From contig CAVSDR010000006.1 in NCBI GenBank assembly GCA_963726745.1, forward strand, positions 288,001 to 352,000: a stretch of 64,000 nucleotides of DNA, read 5' to 3'. A program made the position numbers and the translations under genes. Positions 47,959 to 58,754 of this stretch are shown one piece after another (position 1 is the first letter of the stretch; each line of letters starts with the position of its first letter). Below the pieces are notes generated by a model. It did not search any database, was not told where the DNA came from, and was given only the letters and a program-made list of their open reading frames with translations. Source of the DNA: an uncultured Verrucomicrobiae bacterium. Its GTDB lineage: Bacteria > Verrucomicrobiota > Verrucomicrobiia > Chthoniobacterales > UBA10450.

Positions 47959-48980
47959 GTCGCGCTGCGCCCTTCGCGGCCGTTTTTGAGCTCGGCGAAA
48001 ACCAGCCGCCCGCTATTTGTTTGCAGCGCGCTCGAGATGACGATGCGCTGGACGGAGCCGAGATGGGTGCGCGCGTGATTGACCACGATCATGGTGCCAT
48101 CGGGCAAATAGCCGACCGCTTGGTGCGCATCGCGGCCTTCTTTTACCAGGCTCAAATCCAGCTCGTCGCCTGTGGCCAGCGGCGGACGCAAGGCGCGCGC
48201 GAGATCGGTCAAATTCAGCGCCGGGACTTGCTGCAAGCGCGCCACCTGGCAGAGCGCGGTGTCGTTCGTGAGCAGGCGCGCGCCGAGCACCTTCGCCGTC
48301 CGGACGAGCCGGGCATCGGCCGTCGTTTCGCCGTCATCTTCCACGGTTTCGTGAATCGTCAGCTCGATCTCGCGTGCGCGCTGGAGCTGATTGAGAATCT
48401 CGAGGCCGCGGCGGCCGCGTTCGCGTTTCAAGGAATCCCGCGAGTCCGCCAGCGTCTGTAATTCCGCGAGGACAAAACGTGGCACGATCAACGAGCGGCT
48501 GAGGAAGCCGGTCGCGCAGAGGTCGGCGATCCGGCCATCGATGATCACGCTGGTGTCGACCACGATCGGCTCGTGCTGCGTGGTCTCGCGGGTGAAGCGG
48601 ACATACGGAATGATGAGCGAGAACTCATCGCGATTACTCCGCATCGCCAGCATCGTGCCGAGGTAACCGAAGGTGCAATAGACGACGAGATGCGCGGCCC
48701 ATTGCACCGGTTGCGGCTGATAGTGGAGGATGGCCGAAGCCACCAGGAGGCGCGCAAAAAGGAGCCCAAGGAGCAGGCCGAAAGTGGCCGAGGAAAAGGC
48801 ACGCAGCGAGACGCCCTTCAACAGCCGATCGATCAAAACCACGACCAGGCCGAAGGTGAGGCCGAGAAGCACGCCAGGAAGCGGGCTACCGAGAAACTCC
48901 GTGCCCACCAAACCGCCCACGGTCGCGCAGAAAGTGACAAAGAGCGCGCGCAGAAGGTTGACGGTAAACAGCGGGGTCAT
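47955..48980 (-). CDS. Membrane PIN/TRAM-domain protein (YacL-like)
   Basis: TMs, then VDTSVIIDGRI, RGRRGL, LLTND and VGYLPDGTMIVV. Confidence 0.9.
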   Translation of the reverse strand: MTPLFTVNLLRALFVTFCATVGGLVGTEFLGSPLPGVLLGLTFGLVVVLIDRLLKGVSLRAFSSATFGLLLGLLFARLLVASAILHYQPQPVQWAAHLVVYCTFGYLGTMLAMRSNRDEFSLIIPYVRFTRETTQHEPIVVDTSVIIDGRIADLCATGFLSRSLIVPRFVLAELQTLADSRDSLKRERGRRGLEILNQLQRAREIELTIHETVEDDGETTADARLVRTAKVLGARLLTNDTALCQVARLQQVPALNLTDLARALRPPLATGDELDLSLVKEGRDAHQAVGYLPDGTMIVVNHARTHLGSVQRIVISSALQTNSGRLVFAELKNGREGRSAT

Positions 48981-49897
48981 CGGCGAGAGCGTGGGCGGGG
49001 CGTGGGTGAAGGTTCCTGGGCGGCGCGTTGTTGCTCCAGTTTGCGCGCGCTATCCCGGTAGAAGAGCACGCCGTGCGCCCGGAGATTGGCGACCAAGGCC
49101 TGAAGATCTTTTGCGACCTGCTCGTTGCCCAGGAGCATGGCCAGCGGGCCATCGCCCTTTTGCGCCGTGCGGACGAGTTGCGTGGCCGCTTCAAAGGTCT
49201 TGCTCGCTTCCGCCAGCGTCTTGCGCACGTCGTCCGCCGCGCCCTTGGCGGAGTCCATCGTGGCGCCTGCTTTCTCGATCACGCTGTCTATTTTCTTCGA
49301 AGACTCGGCGAGGTTGCCGGTGGTTTGGTTGAAGCGATCGATGCTCGACTTGAGCGCATCCATGTTTGCCTGCGACAGGGCCTGCTCATTCAGGCGCGTG
49401 ACCGTGTTGTTGATGTTTTGCACGGTCCCGCGGAGATCTTTTACGAGCGCGCCGCCTTCGCGGGTGAGATCGTCCATCCCAGTCTCGCGAATGCCGACGA
49501 CAAGGGTGTCTTTCTCGAGGAAGCCGGAGATGGTCTCGTGCGGCGGCGTCCAGATGGAAACAAAACGATCGCCCAGCAAGCCGGAGCTGCCGACGACAAA
49601 TTTGCTCCCCTGCGGGATCTTCACGAAATCGTAAATCCGCAGCGGCACGAGCACGCCCTCGCCGTCGGGATTGAGCCTGGGACCGACGGAGACGCGACCG
49701 ATCTTCGCGCCCGACATCAGGACATCGGAGCCTTTCAGCAGGCCGCTGGCATCGGGAAAATTAACCGTCAGATTGTAGTAGGTCTTGAAGCCCTCGCCGA
49801 CGCGTCCGAACTGGACCACGAGCGCGGCCAGCACCGCGAGCCCGACGAAGACGAAGAGCCCGACTCTGAATTCCAATCCTTTGCCCCGTTCGCTCAT
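48977..49897 (-). CDS. mlaD: MlaD/MCE family protein
   Basis: VGLFV TM; ASGLLKGSDV..SGAKIGRV and GLLGDRFV. Confidence 0.88.
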   Translation of the reverse strand: MSERGKGLEFRVGLFVFVGLAVLAALVVQFGRVGEGFKTYYNLTVNFPDASGLLKGSDVLMSGAKIGRVSVGPRLNPDGEGVLVPLRIYDFVKIPQGSKFVVGSSGLLGDRFVSIWTPPHETISGFLEKDTLVVGIRETGMDDLTREGGALVKDLRGTVQNINNTVTRLNEQALSQANMDALKSSIDRFNQTTGNLAESSKKIDSVIEKAGATMDSAKGAADDVRKTLAEASKTFEAATQLVRTAQKGDGPLAMLLGNEQVAKDLQALVANLRAHGVLFYRDSARKLEQQRAAQEPSPTPRPRSRR

Positions 49898-49948
49898 CGC
49901 CCGCAGAACCTAACACGGCTTTCCATGGCGTCAGCGATTTCGCGAGCG

Positions 49949-50704
49949 CTAGAGCTTCTCCGCGCGTCCGAGGAGGAAATCCTGGATGAGCGGTTCGGGC
50001 GATTGCTCGAGCTCCGCGGGCGTGCCGTAGAAATGAATCCGGCCCTCGTGCAGGTAGGCGATGTGATCGGCGATATGAAAGGCGCTCTTCATGTCGTGCG
50101 TCACCACGATGCTGGTGACGTGATAGCGCTCCTGCAGACGGCGAATGAGCTGGTTAATGCTGTCGGAGACGACCGGATCGAGACCGGCGGTTGGTTCGTC
50201 GTAAAGCACGCACGAGGGCCGGCGGATGATGGAACGCGCCAGGCCGACGCGTTTCTTCATCCCGCCGCTTAAATTAACCGGCATCTTCTGCTCCTGCCCC
50301 TCGAGCTCGATCACCTCGAGCATTTCGCGCACGTGCTCGCGGATGACGGCCGGGTCCCGCTCGCCCGCTTCGCGCAGCGGGAAGGCGATGTTTTCCTCCA
50401 CGGTCATGCTGTCGAAGAGCGCGCCGCTTTGAAAAAGAATGCCGACCTTGCGCCGAATGGGTGCGAGCGCGCGTTCGCTCAAGCCGATGATGTTTTGCCC
50501 CTCGATCCAAATCTCGCCCGCGTCCGGCGTCATCAAGCCGACGAGATGCTTCAGGAGCACGCTCTTGCCGCCGCCGCTGCGGCCGATGATCACGAGCGTC
50601 TCGCCCTTGCTGACATCGAGCTCGACGCCGCGCAGGATTTCCTGCGGGCCAATGCTCTTGGTCAGCCCGCGGACGGCGATCATGGAATCGGCCGCAACGG
50701 TCAT
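49949..50704 (-). CDS. mlaF: MlaF-like ABC ATPase
   Basis: GRSGGGKS, LFQSGALFDS, LSGGMKKRV and YDEPTAGLDP. Confidence 0.9.
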   Translation of the reverse strand: MTVAADSMIAVRGLTKSIGPQEILRGVELDVSKGETLVIIGRSGGGKSVLLKHLVGLMTPDAGEIWIEGQNIIGLSERALAPIRRKVGILFQSGALFDSMTVEENIAFPLREAGERDPAVIREHVREMLEVIELEGQEQKMPVNLSGGMKKRVGLARSIIRRPSCVLYDEPTAGLDPVVSDSINQLIRRLQERYHVTSIVVTHDMKSAFHIADHIAYLHEGRIHFYGTPAELEQSPEPLIQDFLLGRAEKL

Positions 50705-51495
50705 TGGTAGCCGGCCGGAAAGAGGACGTTAAGCGCCATCGTGAGGAAGAAATTAAACACCAACACGGCCAGCGACGCGTCCACCACCGCCTCGGTGGTC
50801 GCGCGGCCAACACCGACCGCGCCCTCACGTGTCGTTAGCCCTTTGTGGCAGGCGATAATGACGATCAAGATGGCGAAGGCGAAGGCCTTCGAGAGCGACA
50901 TGGTGATGTCGCGCATTTGCGTCCAGCGAACCATGTTCGCGACGTAGTAGGGGCCGTTGACTTCAAGCAACCCAATGGCCACGAAGTAGCCCGCGGCGAT
51001 GCCGACGCCGACGCATTCCGCAACCAGCAGCGGCATCGAAACCATCATCGCAAGGACGCGCGGGACCACCAGGTAATCGATCGGATGCACCGCGAGCGCG
51101 CGGAGGGCGTCGATTTGCTCGGTCACCTTCATCGTCCCGATTTCGGCCGACATCGAGGCGCCTACGCGCCCGGTGACCATGAGTGCGGTTAAGACCGGCC
51201 CGAGTTCGCGAAAGATGGAAACGCTCACGACTGCGCCCACCGCTGAGCCCATCCCGAGCTTGTTGAATTGGAAGAAAGTCTGCGCCGCGAACACCGCCCC
51301 GGTGAAAGCGCCGGTTATGACCACGACCGATTGCGAGCGCAGCCCGATCTCGACGATTTGCGCGAGAAAAAGCCGCCAACGAATCTTCTGCGTGGCGATC
51401 GAGGCGATCGTTTCGCCCGCGAGGACGACGAGTTCGCCGCCGTAGGTAAAGAAGCGGATGACCGCCGCCCCGAGCGCCGTGAGCAACCGCGTCAT
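50701..51495 (-). CDS. mlaE: MlaE-like ABC permease
   Basis: RELGPVLTALMVTGRVG, AEIGTMKVTEQIDAL and GVGRATT. Confidence 0.92.
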   Translation of the reverse strand: MTRLLTALGAAVIRFFTYGGELVVLAGETIASIATQKIRWRLFLAQIVEIGLRSQSVVVITGAFTGAVFAAQTFFQFNKLGMGSAVGAVVSVSIFRELGPVLTALMVTGRVGASMSAEIGTMKVTEQIDALRALAVHPIDYLVVPRVLAMMVSMPLLVAECVGVGIAAGYFVAIGLLEVNGPYYVANMVRWTQMRDITMSLSKAFAFAILIVIIACHKGLTTREGAVGVGRATTEAVVDASLAVLVFNFFLTMALNVLFPAGYQ

Positions 51496-51503
51496 CGCCG
51501 CCG

Positions 51504-51770
51504 CTAGGCCGTGAGCGGCTGGGTCGCGATCTTCGGCCGCAGCTCAGTCGGGATCGCGCCGACAAAGCGCGGGTCGAGCCCGAGCTTGCGAAAGACGCGG
51601 CGAATTTCGCGGAAAGTGATCGCCGGCGGCTCGTCGACCTCGAGGTAAACCAGGTCGTGGTTCCGGTCGACCTTGTAGCGCAGGCCGGCGAGCGTCTCGA
51701 GTTCGTGGTCGAGCTCGAGCACCTTGTTCAGGTCGCGCACTCCGGCGGCGTAGACTTCCAATTCGAGCAT
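51504..51770 (-). CDS. Small hypothetical protein
   Basis: About 88 aa, co-oriented just upstream of mlaE, normal codon usage. Confidence 0.6.
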   Translation of the reverse strand: MLELEVYAAGVRDLNKVLELDHELETLAGLRYKVDRNHDLVYLEVDEPPAITFREIRRVFRKLGLDPRFVGAIPTELRPKIATQPLTA

Positions 51771-51904
51771 CGGCGGCACCTTAAAGGACGGCAGGCTCGA
51801 TGCAAAGCGCTTTACCCGGCGGGAAAATAGCCGGCTACTTCAGCCGCCCGGGTGGAGAAGCGATTGCGCCCGCGAAGCGCATGCGATACATCAGCGCTGT
51901 TCCT

Positions 51905-52402
51905 ATGATGCCACGCGCCCTTCGCTTGTTTCTCTCGTTGCCGCTGCTGGCGGCGGCTCTCTTTCTCAATGGCTGCGCGACCGAGAATCTCGGCATCCAG
52001 CAGGCAAAAATAAACACCGCCACGAGCATCGCGAGTGAGCCGCCGGGGGATTACTGGATCGGCCGGCGCTATTACAAACCGGTCTATAAGTTCTGGGGTT
52101 ACGTCCGCCGGCCCGGCCAGCCCTGGAGCACCGCGCAGATGGTGATGATGAACGAGAAACAAAAGCTCGCGCCGGACCGCGCGCAGAACGCCATCGGGAG
52201 CGATAACAATTACGAATACAAGCTCTACGGCAACTTCAGCGGCGACAAGGTTTACGAGCCCGCGAGCAACGGCATCTACCCGGAGTTTGTGCTCCGAAAT
52301 TACACTCTCGTCTCGACCAATCCGCCGCCTATTTTCCGCAGCCAATACAGCGGCCGCGCGCAGGCGGGCAGCACCATGACGACGATTGAGCGTCCCGAAT
52401 AA
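51905..52402 (+). CDS. Hypothetical lipoprotein
   Basis: LFLNGC lipobox after a hydrophobic signal; aromatic-rich domain. Confidence 0.7.
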   Translation: MMPRALRLFLSLPLLAAALFLNGCATENLGIQQAKINTATSIASEPPGDYWIGRRYYKPVYKFWGYVRRPGQPWSTAQMVMMNEKQKLAPDRAQNAIGSDNNYEYKLYGNFSGDKVYEPASNGIYPEFVLRNYTLVSTNPPPIFRSQYSGRAQAGSTMTTIERPE

Positions 52403-53306
52403 CCAGGAAACTCCGGCGCCGCCGAGCGATCTGCTCGCGGTGGCTTTCCTGCGTTATCTCGAGGTCGAGCGAAACGCTTCGCCCCGCACTCTGCTGGCTT
52501 ACGGCCGCGCGCTCGCGGCTTTCCGCGCGGCACACCCGGAGAAGCGCTGGGAGGACTGCGATGCGGAGGACTTCCGCGATTACCTCTTCGCCGCGATGAA
52601 GCGGAAGCAGGCGCGCTCCTACATTCGCCTGCAGTTTTCCGCGCTCCGCACCTTCTTCCGCTTCCTGGTCGAGCGGAAAGCTTTCACCCGCGACCCGGTG
52701 CGCGAGCTCGAGCTGCCGAAAACGGCGAAGCGTCTGCCGCTGGTGCTCACGCGCGCGCAGATCGACGAATTGCTCTCAGCGCCGCTGCGGGTGCCGAAGG
52801 AGCGGGCGGCGCCCAAGTGGATGCCGCTGCGGGACGCCGCGATCATGGAGATCTTCTACAGCAGCGGCCTGCGCCTGGCGGAACTGGCCTCGCTCAACGT
52901 GGCCGACATCGATCCCTACACCGAATCGGTCCGTGTGCTCGGCAAAGGACGCAAGGAACGCGTCTGCCCAGTGGGCGCGCCGGCGCTGACGGCGGTCTCG
53001 CGCTACCGCGCCGCGGCCAGGGTCGAGAGCGGTCCGCTTTTTCTCGGCAAAACCCGGCAACGACTCGCGCCACGCTCAATCTGGCTCATCCTCAAGCGCT
53101 ACCTGCGTTACACCTCGATTCCGATTTCGCTGAGCCCGCATAAGCTGCGGCATAGCTTCGCCACTCACCTGCTCGATGCCGGGGCCGACCTCCGCAGCGT
53201 GCAGGCCCTGCTCGGTCACGCGAGTCTCTCGACCACGCAAATCTACACGCACGTGACCGTGGAGCGGCTGAAGCGCGCCTACGACAGCGCGCATCCGCGG
53301 GCCTGA
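52386..53306 (+). CDS. xerC: XerC/XerD-family tyrosine recombinase
   Basis: YLEVERNASPRT, SGLRLAEL, GKGRKER, PHKLRHSFATHLL, LLGH..LSTTQIYTHV and HPRA. Confidence 0.88.
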   Translation: MSVPNNQETPAPPSDLLAVAFLRYLEVERNASPRTLLAYGRALAAFRAAHPEKRWEDCDAEDFRDYLFAAMKRKQARSYIRLQFSALRTFFRFLVERKAFTRDPVRELELPKTAKRLPLVLTRAQIDELLSAPLRVPKERAAPKWMPLRDAAIMEIFYSSGLRLAELASLNVADIDPYTESVRVLGKGRKERVCPVGAPALTAVSRYRAAARVESGPLFLGKTRQRLAPRSIWLILKRYLRYTSIPISLSPHKLRHSFATHLLDAGADLRSVQALLGHASLSTTQIYTHVTVERLKRAYDSAHPRA

Positions 53307-53328
53307 CCGAAGAGCAGCGGCGGTCTGT

Positions 53329-53488
53329 GGAACTTACGAGGATCCGCTTCCACGCGCAGGGACGGAACAGCGCAATTAACCGCAAGGGCCATGCTGCTGT
53401 TAGGCATCGTCGCCGGCGGTCTCTTCGCCGCTCGCGCGCGACGCGCAGGTTTTCAGCCGTCCGTCTCTCTAGGCAGCTCCTGAGTTCC
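53329..53488. ncRNA. Candidate structured ncRNA (rod with central bubble, 6S-like)
   Basis: Nested complementary segments GGAACT/AGTTCC, AGGA/TCCT, GGACGG/CCGTCC, CGTCGC/GCGACG and GCGG/CCGC within a 240-nt gap between convergent genes. Confidence 0.5.
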
Positions 53489-53490
53489 GA

Positions 53491-53531
53491 CAAAAAGAGC
53501 GCACGCGATTCCGCATGCGCTCTTTGATTTT
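53491..53531. terminator. Rho-independent terminator (serves clpC; possibly bidirectional)
   Basis: Minus strand AAAGAGCGCAUGCG-GAAU-CGCGUGCGCUCUUU-UU; T-rich tail on the plus side as well. Confidence 0.75.
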
Positions 53532-53546
53532 GTCGAGCAGCCGACG

Positions 53547-56035
53547 CTAACTCGCGCTCGCGGTTTCGCTGCCCTGCGGCTCGGCCACGTTGAAAGTCAG
53601 CTTGCCGTCTCTCGCTTCCGTGTGGACGACGTCGCCGGCTTTTACGTTGCCGCGCAAAAGCTCTTCCGCGAACGGATCCTCGAGATAACGCTCGACCGCG
53701 CGCCGCATCGGCCGTGCGCCGTACTGTGGGTCGTAGCCTTTTTCGATGAGGAATTCCTTGGCCGATTGCGCGAGCTCGATATGCACTTCCTTCGCCTTGA
53801 TTCGGGCCAGGACCTTGGCCACTTCGAGATCGACGATCTGAAGCAGGTCGACCTTGGTCAGCTGATGGAAGACGATGATGTCGTCGAGGCGGTTGATGAA
53901 CTCCGGCTTGAAGGCCTTTGCGTCGCTTCTTCGAGCAGACGGTCGCGCATGGTCTCGAACTCATGTTCGCCCACCGGCTTGGTCGCGCCGAAACCCATCG
54001 TGGTCTGCTTGCGCAGGATCTCTGCGCCCACGTTGGAGGTCATGATAATGATCGTGTTCCGGAAATCGATCTTCCGGCCTAACGAGTCAGTCACCTTCCC
54101 TTCCTCGAGGATTTGCAGGAGCAGATGCATCACATCCGGGTGCGCCTTTTCGATTTCGTCAAACAGCACCACCGAGTAAGGCCGACGCCGCACCGCCTCG
54201 GAAAGCTGGCCGCCTTCCTCATAGCCGACATAGCCCGGAGGCGAGCCGATCAAGCGCGAGGCGGTGAACTTTTCCATGTACTCCGACATGTCGATCTGGA
54301 TGAGCGCATCGCGGTCGCCGAACATGAATTCCGCGAGCGTCTGCGCGAGGAAGGTTTTGCCGACGCCAGTCGGGCCGAGGAAAATGAACGAACCAATCGG
54401 CCGGCGCGGATCTTTCAAATCGGCACGGCTGCGGCGGAGCGCCTTGGAGATCGCCGTGACCGCCTCGTCCTGGCCGATGACCTTGCCTTTCAACTCGGAT
54501 TCCATCGCGAGCAGCTTGGCGGTTTCCTTCTGCTCCATCTTCTGGAGCGGCACGCCCGTCACCTTCGAGATGATGTTCATCATGTCGTCGGCTGTCACCA
54601 GGACTTCCTTCTCTTCGCGCTCTTCGCGCCATTGCGCGAGGATCGCCTCGAGCTTGTCCTTGGTCTGCTTTTCCTTGTCGCGCAGCGAGGCCGCCTTCTC
54701 GAAATCCTGCGCCTTGATCGCGCCTTCTTTCTCGACGCGGATTTCCTCGATCTCTTTTTCGATCTCCTTCACGTCCGGCGGACGCGTCATCGCATTGATC
54801 CGCGCGCGGGCGCCGGCTTCGTCCATCACATCGATCGCCTTGTCCGGCAGGAACCGGCCGGTGATGTAGCGCTCGGAGAGCTTGACGGCTAATTCCAGCG
54901 ACTCGTCGGTTAATTTCGCCTTGTGATGCGCCTCATATTTCGGGCGCAGACCTTTCAAGATCAGGATCGCCTCGTCGACCGTCGGAGCCTCAACCTTCAC
55001 CGTCTGGAAGCGGCGTTCGAGCGCCGCGTCTTTCTCGATGTATTTGCGATACTCGTTCAGCGTCGTCGCGCCGACACACTGCAATTCCCCGCGGCTCAAG
55101 GCCGGCTTGATGATGTTCGACGCATCCATCGCGCCCTCGGCCGAGCCCGCGCCCACGATCGTGTGCAGCTCGTCGATGAAAAGGATGACATTCTTCGAGC
55201 GGCGAATCTCGTCCATCACTGCTTTGATCCGTTCTTCAAACTGACCGCGATATTTCGTTCCCGCGACCATGAGCGCGAGGTCGAGCGTGATCACTTTCTT
55301 GTCGCGCAAAAGCTCCGGCACGTTGCCGCTGGCAATTTCCTGCGCCAGACCTTCCGCGATCGCGGTCTTGCCCACGCCAGCTTCGCCCAGCAACACCGGG
55401 TTGTTCTTCGTCCGGCGGCAAAGCACCTGGATGACGCGCTCGATTTCGTTCACGCGGCCGATCACGGGATCCAGCTCGCCCTTTTTCGCCAGCTCCGTGA
55501 GGTCGCGGCCAAAAGCGCGCAGCGCCGGCGTCTTCACGTCCTTCTTGCCACCGGTCCCCTGTTCCGGTCCACCTTCGCCCTCGGATTCCGGCGGAGTGAA
55601 ATTCGGATCGAGTTCCTTGAGAATTTCGTTGCGGGTGCGCTCGATATCGACCTCGAGACTCTTGAGCACGCGCGCGGCCACGCCTTCGCCTTCACGTAAA
55701 AGACCCAGCAAGATGTGCTCGGTGCCGACGTAGGAATGGTTGAGCGCCTTCGCTTCCTTGCCCGCAAGCGCGAGCACTTTCTTCACGCGCGGCGTGTAGG
55801 GAATGTTCCCGACCATCTTGGTCTCCGGGCCAGAACCCACCTGTTTCTCGACTTCCATGCGCACGGTCTCGAGATCCATGCCCATCTTCTGGAGGACATT
55901 CACGGCCACGCCTTGACCCAACTTGATCAACCCAAGCAGAAGATGCTCGGTGCCGACATAGTTGTGGTTGAAGCGGTCTGCTTCCTTGCGAGCGAGCGCC
56001 AGGACTTGCTGGGCTCGCGGAGTGAAATTGTTCAT
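53547..56035 (-). CDS. clpC: ATP-dependent Clp protease ATP-binding subunit ClpC; apparent frameshift near 53920
   Basis: Clp-N repeats (GTEHLLLGL), [16 protein letters not shown] and [14 protein letters not shown]-terminus [10 protein letters not shown] in another frame. Confidence 0.95.
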
Positions 56036-57154
56036 TAGTTTGGTGACTCGGAAGATGCCCCGTTGCCGGACTCCCGCGCCACTTTACTAATATCAGGCTT
56101 GGGGAAGACCCGCAAACGGTCGCGGATGATTTGCGCGCGCAGTTCGTCGCGCTCCTCGGCGTTTAACTTCTGCTGCGAACTCTTCTGCAGGTGGGCGGGT
56201 TGAGTGTCGATAAAAAGCTCATCAATCGGCAGCCGGCGATCTTCCGGGAAGGCTCCCAAGTCGACGCCGAGCTTGATGATAGACAGCAAGTTGAGCGCCT
56301 CCTTCGAAGTCATCGCATGTGCGAAAGTGAGCACGCCATAAGCGCGCCCGATCTGGTCCCAAAGCGTGTTCGATTTCTTCTGGATGAGCACTTGTCGCGC
56401 GTCGTGCTCCTTCTCGATGATCGTCTCGATCACCTTGCTCAAGCGGCTGATGATTTCGTCTTCCTTCTCGCCGAGCGTCGTCTGGTTCGAGATCTGGAAC
56501 AGGTTGCCCATCGCCTCGGTGCCTTCGCCGTAGAGCCCGCGGACCGCGAGACCGATCTTGTTCACCGCGCCGATGACCTGGTTGATCATGTCGCTCAAGA
56601 CCAGCCCAGGCAGATGCAGCATCGCCGAGGCGCGCATCCCGGTGCCGACGTTCGTCGGGCAGGCGGTCAGGTATCCGAGCTTGGCGTCGTAAGCGAAATC
56701 CAACCGGCCTTCCAAAGTGCTGTCTACTTTGTCGACCAGCTTGAAGGCGTTCTTTAATTGCAGGCCCGAGCGGATCGATTGCATCCGCAGAGTGATCCTC
56801 CTCGTTGATCATGATCGAGAGGGTTTGCTTGCGGTTCATCACCACCGCGCTCCCGACGCTCTTAGCCGCGTGCTCGCGCGAAATCAGATGCCGCTCCACC
56901 AGGACCTGCTTCTCGAGCGCGGAAAGATCCTGCAGGTGCTCGGAGAGCGAGTCCTGCATCTCTGGAAGCGCCTCCACCGAGGGCTTGATCAACTCGAGAA
57001 TCTGCGTGCGCTCCGCTTTCTTCGCCCAACCGGGAAACGGCCGCTGCTTCAGATTACGCGCCAGCCGCACCCGGCTCGAGACCACGATCTGATGGTGCGG
57101 GCCTTCGCCGCGCAGCCACTCCCCGCCGTGCTGCATCACGTTGGTTATTTTCAT
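56035..57154 (-). CDS. mcsB: Protein arginine kinase McsB; apparent frameshift near 56788
   Basis: [17 protein letters not shown] and MINEEDH, then [13 protein letters not shown] and VRGLYGEG. Confidence 0.92.
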
Positions 57155-57645
57155 TTCTCGGCCAACTGCGTTTCGAGCTGCTTGATCTGGTCGCGCAAAC
57201 TCGCGGCGGTTTCGTAATTTTCGTCCGCCACCGCCTTCTGCAAATCACTCGTTAGGCTGCGCATCCGGTCGCTTAGCTCGATTTCGCGATGCGCCCGCTG
57301 CGGCAGCTTGCCGACATGCTCGGTGCCCTTGTGCATCGCCTTGAGCAGGCTCCCGAGGCCTTCCGAGAAAGTCCCATAGCAAGCACTGCAGCCCAGCCGC
57401 CCGGTCTTCTTGAAATCCGCCTGCGTATAGCCGCACACCGGGCACTTCTGCGCCGGCGCTCCCTTTTCGATTTCCTCCGCCGCGCCGATGCCGAGCAGCA
57501 GGTCGGCTAGTGCAAAGCCGGTCGGGTCCTGCACGCCCTTTTCCTTCGAGCAGGCATCGCAAAGATTCACCTTCTGCATCTTGCCTTCGACAATCTGCGT
57601 CAGGAAAACCGTGGCATCATTGCATTTGCAAACGTCGCACAACAT
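57151..57645 (-). CDS. mcsA: McsA (UVR domain, four CXXC)
   Basis: CDVC, CDAC, CPVC and GRLGCSAC; ENYETAASLRDQI. Confidence 0.92.
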   Translation of the reverse strand: MLCDVCKCNDATVFLTQIVEGKMQKVNLCDACSKEKGVQDPTGFALADLLLGIGAAEEIEKGAPAQKCPVCGYTQADFKKTGRLGCSACYGTFSEGLGSLLKAMHKGTEHVGKLPQRAHREIELSDRMRSLTSDLQKAVADENYETAASLRDQIKQLETQLAEK

Positions 57646-57733
57646 CGCTGCTAATTAGACCTCAAAGCCGGACAAACATTCAACCCTGACGTTGTTCCTG
57701 CACCCGCGGCGCGCGGCGCCGTTCGCTTCCCAC

Positions 57734-58657
57734 TCAGGAGTCAATCGGGGTGCCGCCCTCGCGCACTAACTCGCGGAAGCGCGCGATGATCCGGCCGGTT
57801 AAGGCCCCGGGCTTGCCATCCCCGATCACGCGGCCGTCCGCCTTGATCACCGGGATCACTTCCGCGGCCGTCCCCGTAAGGAAACACTCGTCGGCAATGA
57901 ATACGTCGTGCCGGGTGATCTCGGTTTCAGTGATCTTCATCCCCAGCTCGTCGGCAATCTCGAAAACCACCGAGCGCGTGATCCCGCGGAGCGCGCCCGC
58001 GGAGATCGGCGGGGTGAAGATTTGCCCCTTCTTGATGATGAAAACATTGTCTGCGGTGCACTCGGCGATGTTGCCCGCTTCGTTCAACATCAGCGCTTCG
58101 TCCGCGCCCGCGAGGTTCGCCTCGATCCGCGCCATCACGTTGTTCAGGTAGTTGAGCGACTTCACCGCCGGGCTGAGCGCGGCCGCACTCACGCGACGGG
58201 TTGCGCAGGTCACGATCGTGAGGCCATTGCGATAAACTTCCTCCGGATAAAGCGCGATCGTCGCGGCGATAATGATCACGCTCGGCTTCTTACAAAGCGC
58301 AGGATTGAGCCCCAGATTGCCGACGCCGCGCGTCACTACCTGCCGGATGTAACCATCGCGCAGCCCGTTTTGCCGGATCGTTTCCAGGAGCGCTTCCGTC
58401 ATCTCCTCGCGGCTCAGCGGAATTTCCAAAAGGATGCTGCGCGCGGAGTCCCACAGCCGGTCGAGATGCTCTTCCAAACGGAAGACGCGCCCATTGTAAA
58501 AGCGGATCCCTTCGAAAATGCCGTCGCCGTAAAGCAGGCCGTGATCGAAGACGGAAATCTTCGCTTCCGCCTCCGGAAGGAACGCTCCATCGAGATAAAT
58601 AATCGACGACTTCTTGGCGGCCGGCGCCCCGGCGCGCGACTCGTTAGCGGGCTTCAT
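57734..58657 (-). CDS. ilvE: Branched-chain amino acid aminotransferase
   Basis: DHGLLYGDGIFEG, KSLNYLNN, LRGITR and FLTGTAAEV; start may be 58711. Confidence 0.93.
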   Translation of the reverse strand: MKPANESRAGAPAAKKSSIIYLDGAFLPEAEAKISVFDHGLLYGDGIFEGIRFYNGRVFRLEEHLDRLWDSARSILLEIPLSREEMTEALLETIRQNGLRDGYIRQVVTRGVGNLGLNPALCKKPSVIIIAATIALYPEEVYRNGLTIVTCATRRVSAAALSPAVKSLNYLNNVMARIEANLAGADEALMLNEAGNIAECTADNVFIIKKGQIFTPPISAGALRGITRSVVFEIADELGMKITETEITRHDVFIADECFLTGTAAEVIPVIKADGRVIGDGKPGALTGRIIARFRELVREGGTPIDS

Positions 58658-58754
58658 GGAAGTCTTGGCCGGTTGCTCCAGCACGGCGGTTTCAGAAGGA
58701 TTCGTAGGCACGCGAAAAGGTTCCGCCCTCCCTCTTCCAATTCAAGCAGCAACT

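Noticed and set aside
52386..53306. Integrase of a mobile element
   Set aside because: Housekeeping XerC/D-like length and motifs (C-terminal HPRA); no att repeats, cargo or phage genes nearby.
53327..53527. 66-aa Arg-rich ORF
   Set aside because: It overlaps the structured RNA candidate and the terminator; composition is not protein-like.
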